DNA from: Lama glama
Lineage: Eukaryota
DNA: 64,000 bases
Direction: 5' to 3'
Assembly: GCA_028534125.1 (NCBI GenBank)
Contig: CM052817.1
Span: 65,722,001 to 65,786,000, forward strand
Shown: positions 1-12,799 of the stretch, piece after piece
Position numbering within the stretch: position 1 is the stretch's first letter
How the letters are laid out: every line of letters starts with the position of its first letter
Program-made: the position numbers and the translations under genes
Notes under the pieces: generated by a model
Databases searched by the model: none
What the model was told of the DNA's origin: nothing
Seen by the model: the letters and a program-made list of their open reading frames with translations, nothing else

Positions 1-3000
1 TATTTCAGAGAAAAGACTGACAGATATTAGCAGTTCCACTTCCAATATTTAAAAGCGCTGGAGATTAAAAGTAATCAAGAATTCAAGGGTAATCAACTCT
101 GGAGATAAGAAAACTGTACTAAGTGAATCTGTATTTGTGCAGCTTTTCTCCTGTAGATACAACCCTGGTCCACACTCTGTGGGATGGCTGGAACTCAAAA
201 AGAGAGCATAGTCTTAGTGACTTGATGAGTCAGAGGATAGAATCTGGGACTTCCAGAGTGGCTAGAAAGTAAGAGCAGAAATGAAGAAGGGCTCACAATG
301 CTGTATAAATTCTGCCCTACGTCTGGGCTGAAACTGGAACTATAAATATACAAGGGAGACATTAAGGAGCCTGGCTGAAGGCTGAGAGAAATGAACAAAG
401 GTCTTACTCACTATATTACAGGAGGGGTTAAAAAATTTAGAGTTTGGTTGCTACCAAAGTTAAACGCTTGCTAAAATAAAAATCACCATTCTTCAGAGGA
501 ATAGATCAGAATAAAAAGTATCCATAATGCATTATATACAATATTCATCATATAATTAAAAATCATTAGTTATCATAAAAAAATGTGGCTCATAGTCATG
601 AAAAAAAGTAGTCAGTGAAAACTGACCCTGATATGTTAGAATAAATGGATGAGGAGTTTTAAGTAGTTAATATAGATTTGTTAGAAGACTGACTTAAAGG
701 AAAAAATGGTCAAAATGAATGAACAAGTGGGAAATCACAGCAGATAAATAAAAACAATTTAAAATGAATAAATGGAAATTCTAGAACTGGAAAGTACAAT
801 ATCTAAAATGGAAATGTCAGTGAACTTGAAGACAAATCAAAAGAATTAGCCAAACTGAACAACAAAGATAAGAAATTAAGGAAAAAACCTCACTGACTGT
901 GAGACAAAACAAGCTGATAAAAATCTGTAATTGAAGTTGTACAAGGAAGAGAATTAAAAGGGCAGAAAAATACTTTAAAAAAAAGATCAAAATTGCTCCT
1001 AATCTGAGGATAATAAAAACTTACAGATCCAAAAATTTTAGTCAACCTCAAACAAGTTAAAAATGAAATAGCAATTATCCATGTGATAATCAATTTTGTG
1101 TTAACTTGACTGCATCATAGGGTACCCAGATTAAACACCACTAGGTTTGTCTGTGAGAGTGTTTCTAAATAAGATTAGCATTTGAACTGGTGGACTGAAA
1201 AAGTGGATTGTCCTCCCAAAAATGACTTGGCATCATCTAATCTGCAGAGGGCCTGAATAGAAGAAAAAGCAGAGGAAAGAGGAATTTACTTCTTTTTTTC
1301 GTGACTGCCTGCTTGATCTGCTTGAGCTAAGACATCAGTTTTCTCCTAGTCCTCCTGGTCCAAGGACTAAGACTTACACCATCTACTCCCCTGATTCTCA
1401 GGCCTTCAGACTCAGACTAGAATTACATCACTGGCTTTCCTGGGTCTTCAACTTGTACACAGCAGATCATGGGCCTTCTCAGCCTCCATAATCACATGAA
1501 CCAATTTGTTATAATCTCTCTCTCTTTCTCCCTCTCTCACTTTCTCTCTGTATACATGTAATATACTTAAATACATAGATTACATTGTATCTCCTATTGG
1601 TTCTGTTTCTCTGAAGAACCCTGACTAATATAAGCCACATCACAAACTGCTAAAAAACCAATACAAAAAAATATTGAAAGCAGCTAGAAAAATGACTCAT
1701 TGTATACAGAGTAAAAATGACAAAAAAATAATGTTTGCATTATCAGAGAGAATTACAGCCACAACACACTGCAAGAACATCTTTAAAGTACTGAAAGAGA
1801 AGGAAAAATAACTGCCAATCCAGAATTCTACATTCAGCAAAATTATGTGTTGGAAATGATGCCAAAATTAAGATTTTCCAGATAGACAAATCCGAGAGAA
1901 TTTATTGCTAGTAAATTACTTGAGGACAAAGAGAAATGACACCGGATGGGAAGACGGATGTATAGGAGGTTAAGAAAAACAGATACAGTGGGATGTTTCA
2001 TAATGATAAAAGAATCAAAAGGGAAGAAATGTGTGCAGCCTGAATACAGAGCTTTAAAATTTGAGTTAAGAAGCTGAAAACTCTAGAAGGAAAAGTAACC
2101 CAATCTTAATCATATTTGGAGATTTTAACACTCCTCTCTCGGTAACTGAGAGAACAGAAATGAGCTGATGTAATTTTTTTAAAAGCAGTTGATACAATAA
2201 CTAGATGAAAAATCAGTTAGGTTATCTGAAGATCAGAACAGCACTACCAACCACTTTGAGCTAACTGATATCTGTAAAACATTATCTACAACAAATACAT
2301 AAAACAGTTTTTTAAAAAATATGCAGGGCGCATTTATGAACTTAAACTATATGCTGCATCATAAACGAAGTCTTCATAGAGCTCAATAATTGAAATATTA
2401 CAGAGTACGTACTTTAGTGAAAATAAATTAGAAATCAGTAACAGTAAGATATCCAGAAAAACCCCAACTATTTGGAAATAAAATAACACAGTTCTAAACA
2501 ATTAGTGGGCCAAAGAAGAAATCGTGAAAGGCTTTAGAAATTTTTGAAATTCAGCATATTACAATACATGTGAGGCAGCTACAGCAGAGCTTAGAGACCA
2601 GTTCATAACTAGTTATATAATCAATGTTATATTAAGAAGCTAAGAAATAAAGGAATAAAATCAAGCCCAAAATAAATAGAGGAAGGAACAAATAAAGACA
2701 ATATCAGAAATCAATGAAAAAGAAGACAAAACTAGAACACTGGCAAAGCCAAAACTTTGTTCTTCAAAAAGATTAATAAAGTCAGTAAAGGCCAAATAAT
2801 AATAATAAAAAATAAAGAGATAAAACATAAATCATTAGCATCAGAAATAAACAAATATCTGTTTTACTTTATAGATTTTAAAAGGAGGATAAAAGAATGT
2901 TATGAACAACTTAATCATTTAAATTAAATAGACAGTTTTCTTGAGGCACACAATTTATTAAGACTGACTGACTCAAGATGAAATTTTTAAAAAGTGAATA

Positions 3001-4112
3001 ATCTGTATTTATTAGAAAGGTCAACTTTGTTATCAAATACTTTCTCACAAACTCCTATTCCAGATTGTTTCACTGTGGATTCTACAGTACATTTCAAGAA
3101 CAAGGCTAGTCTCAGTAGAATTCCTTCAAGAAATAGAAAGGAAAGGAACACTTCCAACTTCTTTAAGTAGGCCAGTAAACCCTGACACAAAATTGACAAA
3201 GACATTCCCACGACCTAAAATTGATGACCAATATATTCAACAAAGTGCAAAAAATTTTAATAAAATACTAGCAGGTTTAATTCAGCAATATAAAAAAAGG
3301 TAAATATATCATGACAAAATGGTTTTCATATCAGGAAAGTAAAGATAGTTAAAACATTCAAATCAATCAATCAATGTATTAATTCTCTATATTAACTGAA
3401 TAAAAACAGTAAAGCAAATGTAGATCTACACAGAGATGTAGAAAGATACAAAAGAAGTATTTGGCAAAATTCAACACCCACCCATTTACCTCTCATCCAT
3501 AGTTAAGAACTCTTATTAAACTATGAATAAGAGACATCTTCTCTTACCTAGTAAAAGACATTTACAAAAACAAAACAAACAAAACAAAAATCCTATATGT
3601 CACATGGTCAAAGACAAAAATCTTCCCCTTTAAGATAAGCAAAAAGAAAAAAATCTGCTCTCACCACTTCAATTCAAAATTTTACTAGTAGATATAACTA
3701 CAACAGAAAGACAAATAAAAGGCATGAAAACAGAAAAGGAAGTAAAATTTGTTTATTTGTAGATTATATAATAGTTTGCATTCAAAATCTTTAAGAATTC
3801 ACAAAACAATGACTAGAATAAGTGAATTTAGCAAGGTCACAGAATACAAAATTGAGGCAAATTCAATTGTATTTCTATATTCTAATAGGAAACAATGTGA
3901 AAAGGAAAATTAAAAATATATATTCTGTTATAAAAAAATAAAACTGCCCACATTTCATCAAAAAATAAAATGAGAAAAGAACTTAATAAATTATTACAAG
4001 ATCTCTACACTAAAAACTACAAAGCAATACCAGGAGAAATTAAAGACCTAAATAAATAGACATATACCATGCTCTGAGAGTAGAAAACTCAATACTGCTG
4101 TCAGTTTTCCTA
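1..4112 (+). mobile_element. Old degenerate LINE-1 (L1M-type) with ORF1/ORF2 remnants, interrupted by an MLT2 LTR
   Basis: A-rich sense strand. Endonuclease motif GDFNTPLS is encoded at 2118-2141 and a decayed RT motif LFVDYIIV (from LFADDMIV) at 3753-3776. Many stops and frameshifts. 5' boundary uncertain. Confidence 0.85.
1082..1632 (+). mobile_element. MLT2B-like ERVL solo LTR inserted in the L1
   Basis: Starts TGTGATAATCAATTTTGTGTTAACTTGACT and ends CCTATTGGTTCTGTTTCTCTGAAGAACCCTGACTAATATA, with an internal CT/TA microsatellite. Near-perfect 5-bp TSD: ATCCA (1077-1081) / AGCCA (1633-1637). Confidence 0.9.
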
Positions 4113-4114
4113 AA

Positions 4115-4580
4115 TAGCAGTTTTCAAAATTTTTTGTTTCAGAATTCTAATACAGATTTAAAATTATTGAGGATCTCAAAGTACTTTATTTTTTTTAATT
4201 TATATCCATTAATATAATTTATAAAGTAAAACTGAGAAAATTTAAAATAGTAAATCAATAATTTATTTTAACATAATCCAATACATCATATAAGCATGTT
4301 TATAAAAAAAAAAATACATTCTCCAAAACAGAAAAAAAAATTAGAAGAGTGACACTGTTTTACATTTCTTGGAAATCTATCTGACTTAATAAAAGCAGTT
4401 TCTGGTATATCTAAAACAGCAGCTTTTACATTTAGGCCAGTGTGACATGTTATTTGCTTGAAGCATATGAAGAAATGCTAGCCTCACACAAATATAGTTA
4501 GAAAAAAGAGGAGTATTTAATTACCCTTTTCAGACAACCATGAATTTTCTTCTTTGGTACTATACCAAAACTTGCCAAGA
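4115..4580. mobile_element. Charlie1-like hAT DNA transposon fragment
   Basis: Terminal TAGCAGTTTTCAAAATTTTTTG...TTTAAAATTATTGAGGATCTCAAAG resembles the Charlie1/1a end. Confidence 0.7.
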
Positions 4581-4599
4581 AAATTGAGGAGGCAATTAC

Positions 4600-5300
4600 A
4601 TTCCAATAAAGGCTATGGTAAGGGAAATGCACGGTCCTACAAAAGCTCATAGAGAGAGCCACTAATTAGGACTTGGACTCAGAGAAGACTTTCTGCAAGA
4701 AATGATGGCTAAGCTGAGGGTAAAAGAAATGTGAGGTTAATGAGGATTAAAGAAAGTGTGTTCTGGGAAGGGTTAATAGTCAAGAAAGGACATGGTAAAT
4801 TCACAGTATCAAAAAAGACTCAGTATGACCTCAGTTTAGTGATACACTGACTGTTGACAGGGGATAGAAGAATGTTAGAAAGAAGGCCAAAGATGAAAGT
4901 GAAGTGTAATCAAGATCTTGAATATGAAGCCTTTAGGTCAGGCTTTGGACTTTTCTACAGAGATAATGACAGTTTACTGAGGAATTTAAGCAAAAGAGTG
5001 ACAGCTCATCAAAGCCAAAAGTTTAATGAGAAATTGATCAGCTGCATGAGATACAGTAGAGCGGTCTAATGAGAACAAGTCTTGAATGCATACTTGATTT
5101 TGGCCATAACAATATTGTGACTTAACTGAGAAAAAAAATGGAAGATGAGGCTACATTGCAGGGAGCTAAAGAATGAACAGGAAGTGAAGATGGTGAGAGT
5201 AGGCTCAGCTTTCAATAAGCTTATCTGGGATTGAGAAGGTCAGTAATGAGTCACCAAAAGAAGCAGAGACTGAAGATAAGAAGCCAGAATACTGAGAAAC
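4600..5300 (-). mobile_element. L2 fragment
   Basis: Purine-rich stretch (AGAGAAGACTTTCTGCAAGAAATGATGGCTAAGCTGAG, TTTGGACTTTTCTACAGAGATAATG) typical of antisense L2. Confidence 0.55.
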
Positions 5301-5829
5301 ATCAAAGCCATAGATCTGGAAAAGAACACAAGATGTGCCTTGCTAGTAGACGTATGTCAGACCTGCTCTGATAAAGGTAAAGTTTGATTGCAGTTTATAC
5401 ATTATTTCTGAAATAACTTTCCTTACTATTTTTTAAGCAGCTCTGAAATAGGTTGTCATAACTTCCTCATTTTGTTTAGTCAACTTTTACCTCCCAGAAC
5501 ATGAAAAGATAGATCATGGTTCAAATACTACAGAAATCATTTTAAAAGTCCAAATCAACGGTGTCTGAATTAATGAGCTTATATTTTATGCCAAAATTGG
5601 GGAGCACTACTTGACTATCAATTTATTTGAAGAATGAAGTCTAACCCTCACGCGTGACATATTTTACTTCTGCTAAGGAATCCTGGGCTTCTTGTACCGG
5701 TGGATTTGTAATATATAAACTCAGTTGGTTACAAGCTCCAGAGCGGTGTTTTTTAGTATAGTTTAAATGGATAGAAACACTTGGAACCAGTTTATTAAAT
5801 AGAATCAAGAGATCTTTAATACCATTAAC

Positions 5830-5924
5830 CTGCCTCAAACTGATGTGAAATTGGTCCATGATATGTTTCACAATTTGGGGCTGCTATAAAGATTTTTGTC
5901 ATTGATAAATCTTCCTGCTTGAAC
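5830..5924 (-). other. Candidate spliced exon (95 nt), open in one frame: FKQEDLSMTKIFIAAPNCETYHGPISHQFEA
   Basis: Minus-strand acceptor tattcctcatctag|GTTC and weak donor GCAG|gttaat, in repeat-free sequence. No homolog recognised. Confidence 0.25.
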
Positions 5925-6071
5925 CTAGATGAGGAATACAAGCTTACTGGCTGAACAGTCTTTGACAACCAAATACAGTTGATGAAATCCACTTAGGTTT
6001 ATCTGTTGGTAACTCAGGGGCATGAGGATGACTAGAGTTTATAACAGTGATTTCTCTTCTGCACTTCTCAG

Positions 6072-6141
6072 GTGTGAACAGATAGATTTATGTCAGAAAA
6101 CCTGATGCTATAAAAACTGAAGAAATCGCCATGGAAACAAG
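6072..6141 (+). other. Candidate exon (70 nt) ending in GCC-ATG-GAA-ACA-AG
   Basis: Strong acceptor tttctcttctgcacttctcag|G and donor AAG|gtagga. Stops in all three frames before the Kozak-like ATG at 6131. Confidence 0.3.
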
Positions 6142-7431
6142 GTAGGACTATCAGTAAATCAGGGGTGAAGAGAAGATTTCGAAATGTGTAAGTACTGGTG
6201 AAAATTGCCAAAGCTCATAAAAATTCTGTACGTTTTGATCCAGGTGTATGTGTTAGCATATGATGAGATATTTTAAATGGAAAACAATTGAATTACATTC
6301 TAGTGTTGGGAAATAGAGCATACGTTTGATGTGTGTATGATTTTCTTTGCAAATGTGAACGGTAACATAAGCACAATGTCAATCTAGAATAAACCAAAGT
6401 AGTGATGGCTTACACGTATAATAGATTCTGCATTGGTGTCACTTGTTCTCAGCAACAAGTGACTGTATGAGCTGATACTGAATGAACCTCAAAAAGTGAT
6501 TACCAGCACATTAGAAAAAAACAAGCAGAAACCATATGAGTTTTCAAGATTTGATGACAGGGATTATAGTACACATGGGTCAATGGTAACACATTGTATT
6601 TGGCAGGTATTTAATCTGGGCTCCATTTACATCTATAATTATATATTTCAAACTACTTGTTTTTAAAAGTTTGATTTTCTGATGAACTCATCACTCCAAC
6701 GGCCATGAGATGGTTCCCCACTTACCCATGACAAGGAAGGCAAGAAAAGCTATCATGCACTTACTGCAGTAACTATAAAATTCTAAATATTAGCTCTGTA
6801 CTTAAAATGCTCAAATAACAATGATGGAAACACCTGCCTTGTACAAGTAACCGTGAAAATACTTACTTTCCAAGCTTCCATGTTCTAGGAGATAACTGCT
6901 ACATTTTAATATCTGTTTCTTTCGTGTAATATAATGCTTGCGTTGAATAGGGCAAAGGATCTTAAGCCTTTTCCGTAGATGTATGTTTTCTTGGGTCAAG
7001 CACTCACCCAGACTCTAGAAACTTCAATTTAGTAGAAAATCTATGCCTCCCCACTTGCAAGCAGCCTGTTTCCAAGAAAATAGTACAAAGATTTTAATAA
7101 TAACAATCAGGCAACATCATCACCTAAATATGACCAGATCCAAATGCACAACTTCACAGCAACTTTGGAGCATAACTCAGTATTTCTGTTCATTTTTCAA
7201 AAGAAAACATTTTCCACAATGTATTAGTAAGAATTAGAAATTTTACTTTCTGTGAAAAGATTGATAGAGGGAAATGTTACATCACATATTAGACAAAAAC
7301 ATCCAATAAAAACCTACCTAAACATCTTTACTTCTCTTTTATTCCACTGTGCATGCACATTGTGTCTTCTCTTTTTTCCTTCCTTGATCCTCTCCTTCTC
7401 CTGGCTTCTACCTCCCCTTACCCCTCATCTA

Positions 7432-7629
7432 AAACTGCACTGATGTGTAGGATAACCACTAACTATACATGGCCATTTAAATTTGTTAAATTAAATTAAA
7501 AATTCAGTTTCTTGAGTACACTAGCCATATTTTAAGTGTTCAATAGCTTTGTGTGGCCAGTGGCTACCATATTGGGCAGCACAGATAAAACATCCCCTTT
7601 ATCGCAGAAATTTTTATTGGCTGGTGCTG
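7432..7629. mobile_element. MER3-like hAT-Charlie MITE
   Basis: CACTAGCCATATTTTAAGTGTTCAATAGC...GTGGCTACCATATTGGGCAGCACAGATAAAACAT...ATTGGCTGGTGCTG. Confidence 0.85.
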
Positions 7630-7739
7630 ATCTAAAGCAATTAAACTCAGATCCAAGCTTAATATCTCACTTTTAAAAAAGAAAAAAAAATTCAGAAGAA
7701 GGAGGTGGAGAAAGAGGAGGAAGGTGAGGAAGGTATACA

Positions 7740-8033
7740 GTATGACTAGTGTCCTTATAAGAAAAGAAGAGACACAGAGACATAAGAGGAGAATGCCCTG
7801 TGATAACAGAGGCATAGATTTAAGTGCTGCAGCTGCAAGTCAAGGGATGTTAAAGATTGCTGGCAAACCATGAAAAGGTGAGGATTCTCGCCTACAGTTT
7901 TCAGAGGGTGTATGTCCAATCTGACATTTTGATTCTGGACTTCTAGTCTCCAGAACTTTGAGGCAATAAAATTGTTATTTTAAGCCATCTACCTTGTGGT
8001 ACTTTTTTATGGCAGGCCTAGGAAACTAATACA
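7740..8033 (+). mobile_element. MLT1B/C-like MaLR LTR, 3' part
   Basis: GTGTCCTTATAAGAA...GGACTTCTAGTCTCCAGAACT...AATAAA...GGCCTAGGAAACTAATACA terminus. Confidence 0.85.
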
Positions 8034-8049
8034 AGCTTTTCAAAGATAC

Positions 8050-9130
8050 TATAAAAACAGAGAATGCTTTATTTTGAAAGAAAATTCCCCAGAAAAAAAT
8101 GTTGCCTCAAAAAGATAAAATTACAACACAACCTTTCACCATGATTGGAGAAGCAATTACAGCTGTGAAGGAAATACAAGGACTTAGGAAGGTAAGAGAC
8201 AAGAGGATAAGAGAAGTTGGATGTCTAGACATATGGTGATAAAGTGAAAACTGATAAAATTTGGAAAGAATTATTTTAGAAATAAAATTAAACTACAGGA
8301 TCACAAGAGATAGTGACACCAAAGAAAGCACAATAAGAGATATATATGGGGGGGTTACAGTTCAGTGGGAGAGCACATGCTTAGCATACATGAAGTCCTG
8401 GGTTCCAGCCCCAGTACCTCCATTTAAAAAAAAAAAAGAAGAAAGTGACATATATGAGAAAATAAAATGAACAGAAATAAAGGTATGAAAAAAGAACATG
8501 GAAAATACATGAAGAAAATATGATATATAAAAGAAAAAATATACACAATGTTCACAGAATTGGAACTCCAAAGACAACCCGAACAATGGCAGAGAATGGG
8601 TATCTTAAAACGTAATTCAAGAAAAATTTCTTATCTGAAAGACTTAGATCTATTTCTTGAAGAGGAAACCATAACCCAGAAGGGATACACTCACTGTAAC
8701 ACAGAATGGTCAATATTGAGACAAAACTTGAAAAAAATTTTCTAAAAATTTTAAAGATAAAGAATCTTTGTGCAGCAGGAAAAAGGTGAGTTTTAAGTGA
8801 AAAATAATCAAACTGATATCAGACTTCCCCCAGCAATTTTCTACCAGAAGACAGTGAAGAAAAACTTACAAGGAAAGAAAGTATGAGTCGAGCTTTTTAC
8901 ACCCAGTCAGACTGTCCTTCAAGTATAAAGCTATAGACAAACGTTGTTTTTTCAGACGTATCTGCATGAACTCACGGAACATCTTCACACAAGCCAGTCA
9001 AGAACACTAGTAAGAGATAAACTCCAACTAAAAGACGACAGGAAAACGGCAGGAAAAGGACAGGTGGTAATATGTTAATATCCTTAAGATACATTTAAAA
9101 AGAATAAAAGGGAGAAAAAGTGGTGCAAAG
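8050..9130 (+). mobile_element. HAL1/L1 ORF1-like remnant
   Basis: A-rich; AAAATAATCAAACTGATATCAGACTTC...CCAGAAGACAGTG...TTTTACACCCAGTCAGACTGTCCTTCAAGTATAAAG matches an ORF1 C-terminal-type sequence. Confidence 0.6.
8348..8443 (+). mobile_element. Camelid tRNA-derived SINE (Vic-1-like)
   Basis: GGGGGGGTTACAGTTCAGTGGGAGAGCACATGCTTAGCATACATGAAGTCCTGGGTTCCAGCCCCAGTACCTCC plus A tail. Degenerate A/B boxes. Imperfect TSD AAGAGATATATAT / AAGTGACATATAT. Confidence 0.9.
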
Positions 9131-9454
9131 TGTAAGCTGACTAAGCTCACCATTGCTTTTCTCAGAAAAGTTAAAAATTAAGCTATGTTACTTATGATTG
9201 CCAAATCACATAAATCTTAAGCATTTGCCTCTGATTGTCTATCCTCATAAACTCCATTGGTTCTGTGGGAAGATGGAGTGAACTGCAGATTGTTACACAG
9301 GGCTTGATCTGTAGATCAGAACTAAACAAAAACAAGCAATAAAACGGAGACAGGACATGTATCAGAAATGGCACAGTATGTAATTTATTGAATCTAACTT
9401 AAGCTTTATTGGTCCTCCAATAACTGGCTTCCTAATCTTATTTCTTCCCCTATG

Positions 9455-9560
9455 CTCTTTTTTTTTTCTCTTTTTCTGTATCTTTCCCTCTCCTCCTTCG
9501 CTTTCCTCCTTCCTTCCCTTCCCTCCCTCCTTCCCTTCTTCTCTCCTCTCTCTCTCATTT
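9455..9560. repeat. Polypyrimidine (CT-rich) low-complexity tract
   Basis: About 100 nt almost exclusively C/T. Confidence 0.85.
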
Positions 9561-12500
9561 CTACACAGACCACTGGAGATTGACACTATGTATATCAGCC
9601 TAAGAATATTTCAAATAAAATGGCACTTTGGCTGCATGTGGTAGTCTAGGAAGGTAATGCAATCTTCCAAATGATCACAGCAAAACTGGCAAACAGGAAG
9701 GGAATGTATTAGAACAGCTCACAGAATCATAATGAAAGTGAAGAACCACGCTGTGGAGGGACAAAAAATCAGCTCTGGGGAGTCCAGGTAGCAGAAACTG
9801 ACGAATGGCCTTTTCAAATGCTACCCTTGCAGAGAATGAACTCTAAGTTTCTGAAGCATTTTTAAGGCTTTGCTTTAAAGTAGAATCCCAAGAAACTGCA
9901 CGGATCACATGTTAAATTTAATACGTGATGGTATCCAGTAGGTAACATATAGTGGGCTCACATGGAAGAAACTTAACCAGGAAGAAGGAGAATAAATGCT
10001 GAGTGATCAAAGCAGAGACTTCCACTAGAAATGGCATGATCTTTGTGCCTACACTGGTAGGTTGGAAGAAAGGGACCAGAACAATTCACTCAAATCTCAG
10101 AGATGTTGGCAAAGCTAAGAAACAGAGAAGCACTGAAGAAGACTCAAGAATCAGAAGCAGTCTATGGGAGCTCTTCCTGCTTATCTTCTCCTCCAGTTCA
10201 CCATCTTTTCCCAGACTCCTCCACCTCACTGAACTTACTCTGTACTCCTTCTTGTTTGTATCTTTCTGTGGCCTGGCATAGCTCCTGCCAAAGACACAAA
10301 ACTTTTCCAGGTGTTTTCACCTCTCTGGAATTCCAAGACAGCTTTTTTAAGAGAATGTGCCTGAAGGTTCCCATTTTCTCCAAGGCACAAATTGAATTAG
10401 TAGTAGATGCCTACCACAATCATCCCTGTACCTCTCTATGGTCCCTGTGCCCACTTGGTTGAAGGCTGCCTCGGGGCTTTCAGACTTCCAGCTCAAAGGG
10501 CTGGTCTAAGCTTGTGAAAATGTATTCTATCTCCTTAAGTCAGGTCTGCTCTGAAGAACCACTAGTAGTTGGGAAGATACTGCCAAACCCAGAAACAGTT
10601 TCTCCAAAGCCAATGAGTTGCCAACAGTTCTTTTGTCAGTTTTGCAATTCTGTACAAAGTTTTATTTTCTGATTTGATATTGTAAAGATTTCATCTGCCT
10701 TCACTTTGGGGCAGTTTGGAATGCAGTGGGAAAAATGTAGGGAGTAATCAAATCTTTCTTAGGTGGATTTTTATTTTTGCTATGGCACCATCTGCAATTA
10801 AAAACAAAACGAAAACAACAAAAACATGAGAGTCACTGCATAAGCCATCTGCTACTGAAGGCCTTTGGCTATTTCTTTCCATACCTACTGCCAAGGGAGG
10901 TCCCCAAGACATTATAATTCCAAGTTCAGTATTCCAAATCCCAGCCTTTTAAATAACAGCTAAACAGTAGCAGTGGAAACACAGTAACAGATACCTGACA
11001 TTTTTGTACGCTTGAATATTTTTATGTTCATAAGAAGTTCATCTTGAGATAAACATGAAGATGAAAAAGCAGAGTGGCATTTTAATCATTCTTAAGCAGG
11101 AAAAAGATAAGTATTTTTTGGCATGGAAACTTTCTACTTTTAGTAAGAGAAGAGTGAGAGCAGGCAGAGTACACTGTCAGTTCCACCAGGTTCAATTCAT
11201 TGTTGAAACCAAACAAAAATAGCCTCTCACAGTTCCCATTGTTCTGCAGCTGCTGGCTTCAGAATGCTCGCTGTCTCCTTCCTTGTGACTAATCATCATG
11301 GCTGCCCAGTTTCCTTTCTTGATTTCCTACCAGAAGTTGTGATGTGTCATAGGAAGAGAGGGCAACCCTCCCAGTGTTTCTCTCCAGGCCTTTTGAATAC
11401 GTCCATCCTGGAGCACTTGTCCTTTTCTTCAAATCCCTGAATTTCTTGGCCTGCCTGGACTTAGAGGCTGTGTTTGTGAGCATGCATGCTTTAGTCATTT
11501 GATAAGGGAGCAGAAGTGACTTCCTGTTTTAAAGAAGCCAAAAGATGTGAGTCTGGATGTGGGCATGAGTCTTAGGCCTAATGTATTTTCCTTTTGAAGA
11601 ATCTTACTCTGCATCTGTCAGCTTTATTGAAAAAGTTCTAAATTGCTAAAAGTTTAATCTGATTTCTGAGTTTAGCAATTACTAAAAGGGCTATACTACA
11701 TATATTAATAGAATCCCCCCCTTTTTTCAGTTGAAAGTCAAACTTGTAACAACTCTAACTCTTCAGAACATAGAAATGAACTTCAAAATTAAGGGAAAAG
11801 ACCACTAGCATAGTTGCAATAACTCTATGCACTAAGACCCAAACACTGTTCACACAGAAAAGTTTTAAAACTTAAAACACTGCCTGGCATATATTAAATA
11901 CTATGTAAGCATCTGTGTTTATTATCCATAACTTATTGGCTGTTTTTACTTATAAATCTAAGCAAATGTTTCTCAGGAAATATAAGATTACCGAAAGTAT
12001 TTTTGAATGATGGCAAAAGATAACGACAAAATGAGAATGTTGTGAAAATCTATGCCTGACATCTAGCTATAATAATGATATGGAAAGTTAAAAACACAAC
12101 TGCAGTAGTTGGACCATTTAAACTGCCAAAGGATCTGAAATACATGTGACCACCCTTTAGAGACACCAACCTAAAAGTGAACCCCTTAAGCCATCAAGGA
12201 AAATCCAGTTAGTTTTTTCTATTCTAAGAATGCAGTGCAAGGTAATATTCTTTAAAAGATAAAGTTTAAAAGGGGTAGACTGAAGCACTGAATAGATTTT
12301 TATCAACTATCTTGGAAAATCTACCTAAATAGGGCAGCTCACTCAACAACACGTTAGTTATTAACGAGGCCTTGCTAAATACACTGATGCTGTCAAACTG
12401 GAAGATATTCCATCACAGAGTCTAATGCCATCTATGGGCATGGCTTAAAGCCTGACATGAATCCCACAGTCCTCTCCTCATGCTCGACCACGTTCGGTTC

Positions 12501-12799
12501 TCTTTTGGAAAGAGCTGTCTGATTGTTAGGATGCCTCCAGTCTGCCTTTCAGAAGAACGCAGCTTTTTTCTCAGAATGAGTCATCACAATCTATTTGCAA
12601 CCACCTAATTGGTGTGTATGCTGGCATTGGTTCCCCATGATCAGCCGAGGCCTCGCTCAGACCTATGATTCACAGGATCCTTCAGTCATGTCTCCTGCCC
12701 ATATGGGTTTGCTACAGGCTCTCTCCAGGTCACCACACATTTTTTCCTCCTCCATCATCATGAAAACCACTCGCTGCCACATGGTACCTCACACATCCA

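Noticed and set aside
8348..8421. tRNA gene
   Set aside because: tRNA-like A/B boxes are followed by an A tail and TSD, with no intact cloverleaf: a SINE. The same applies at 52767.
11641..11680. Hairpin AATTGCTAAA...TTTAGCAATT as pre-miRNA or terminator
   Set aside because: Only a 10-bp AT-rich stem with a poorly paired 20-nt loop; too short and weak.
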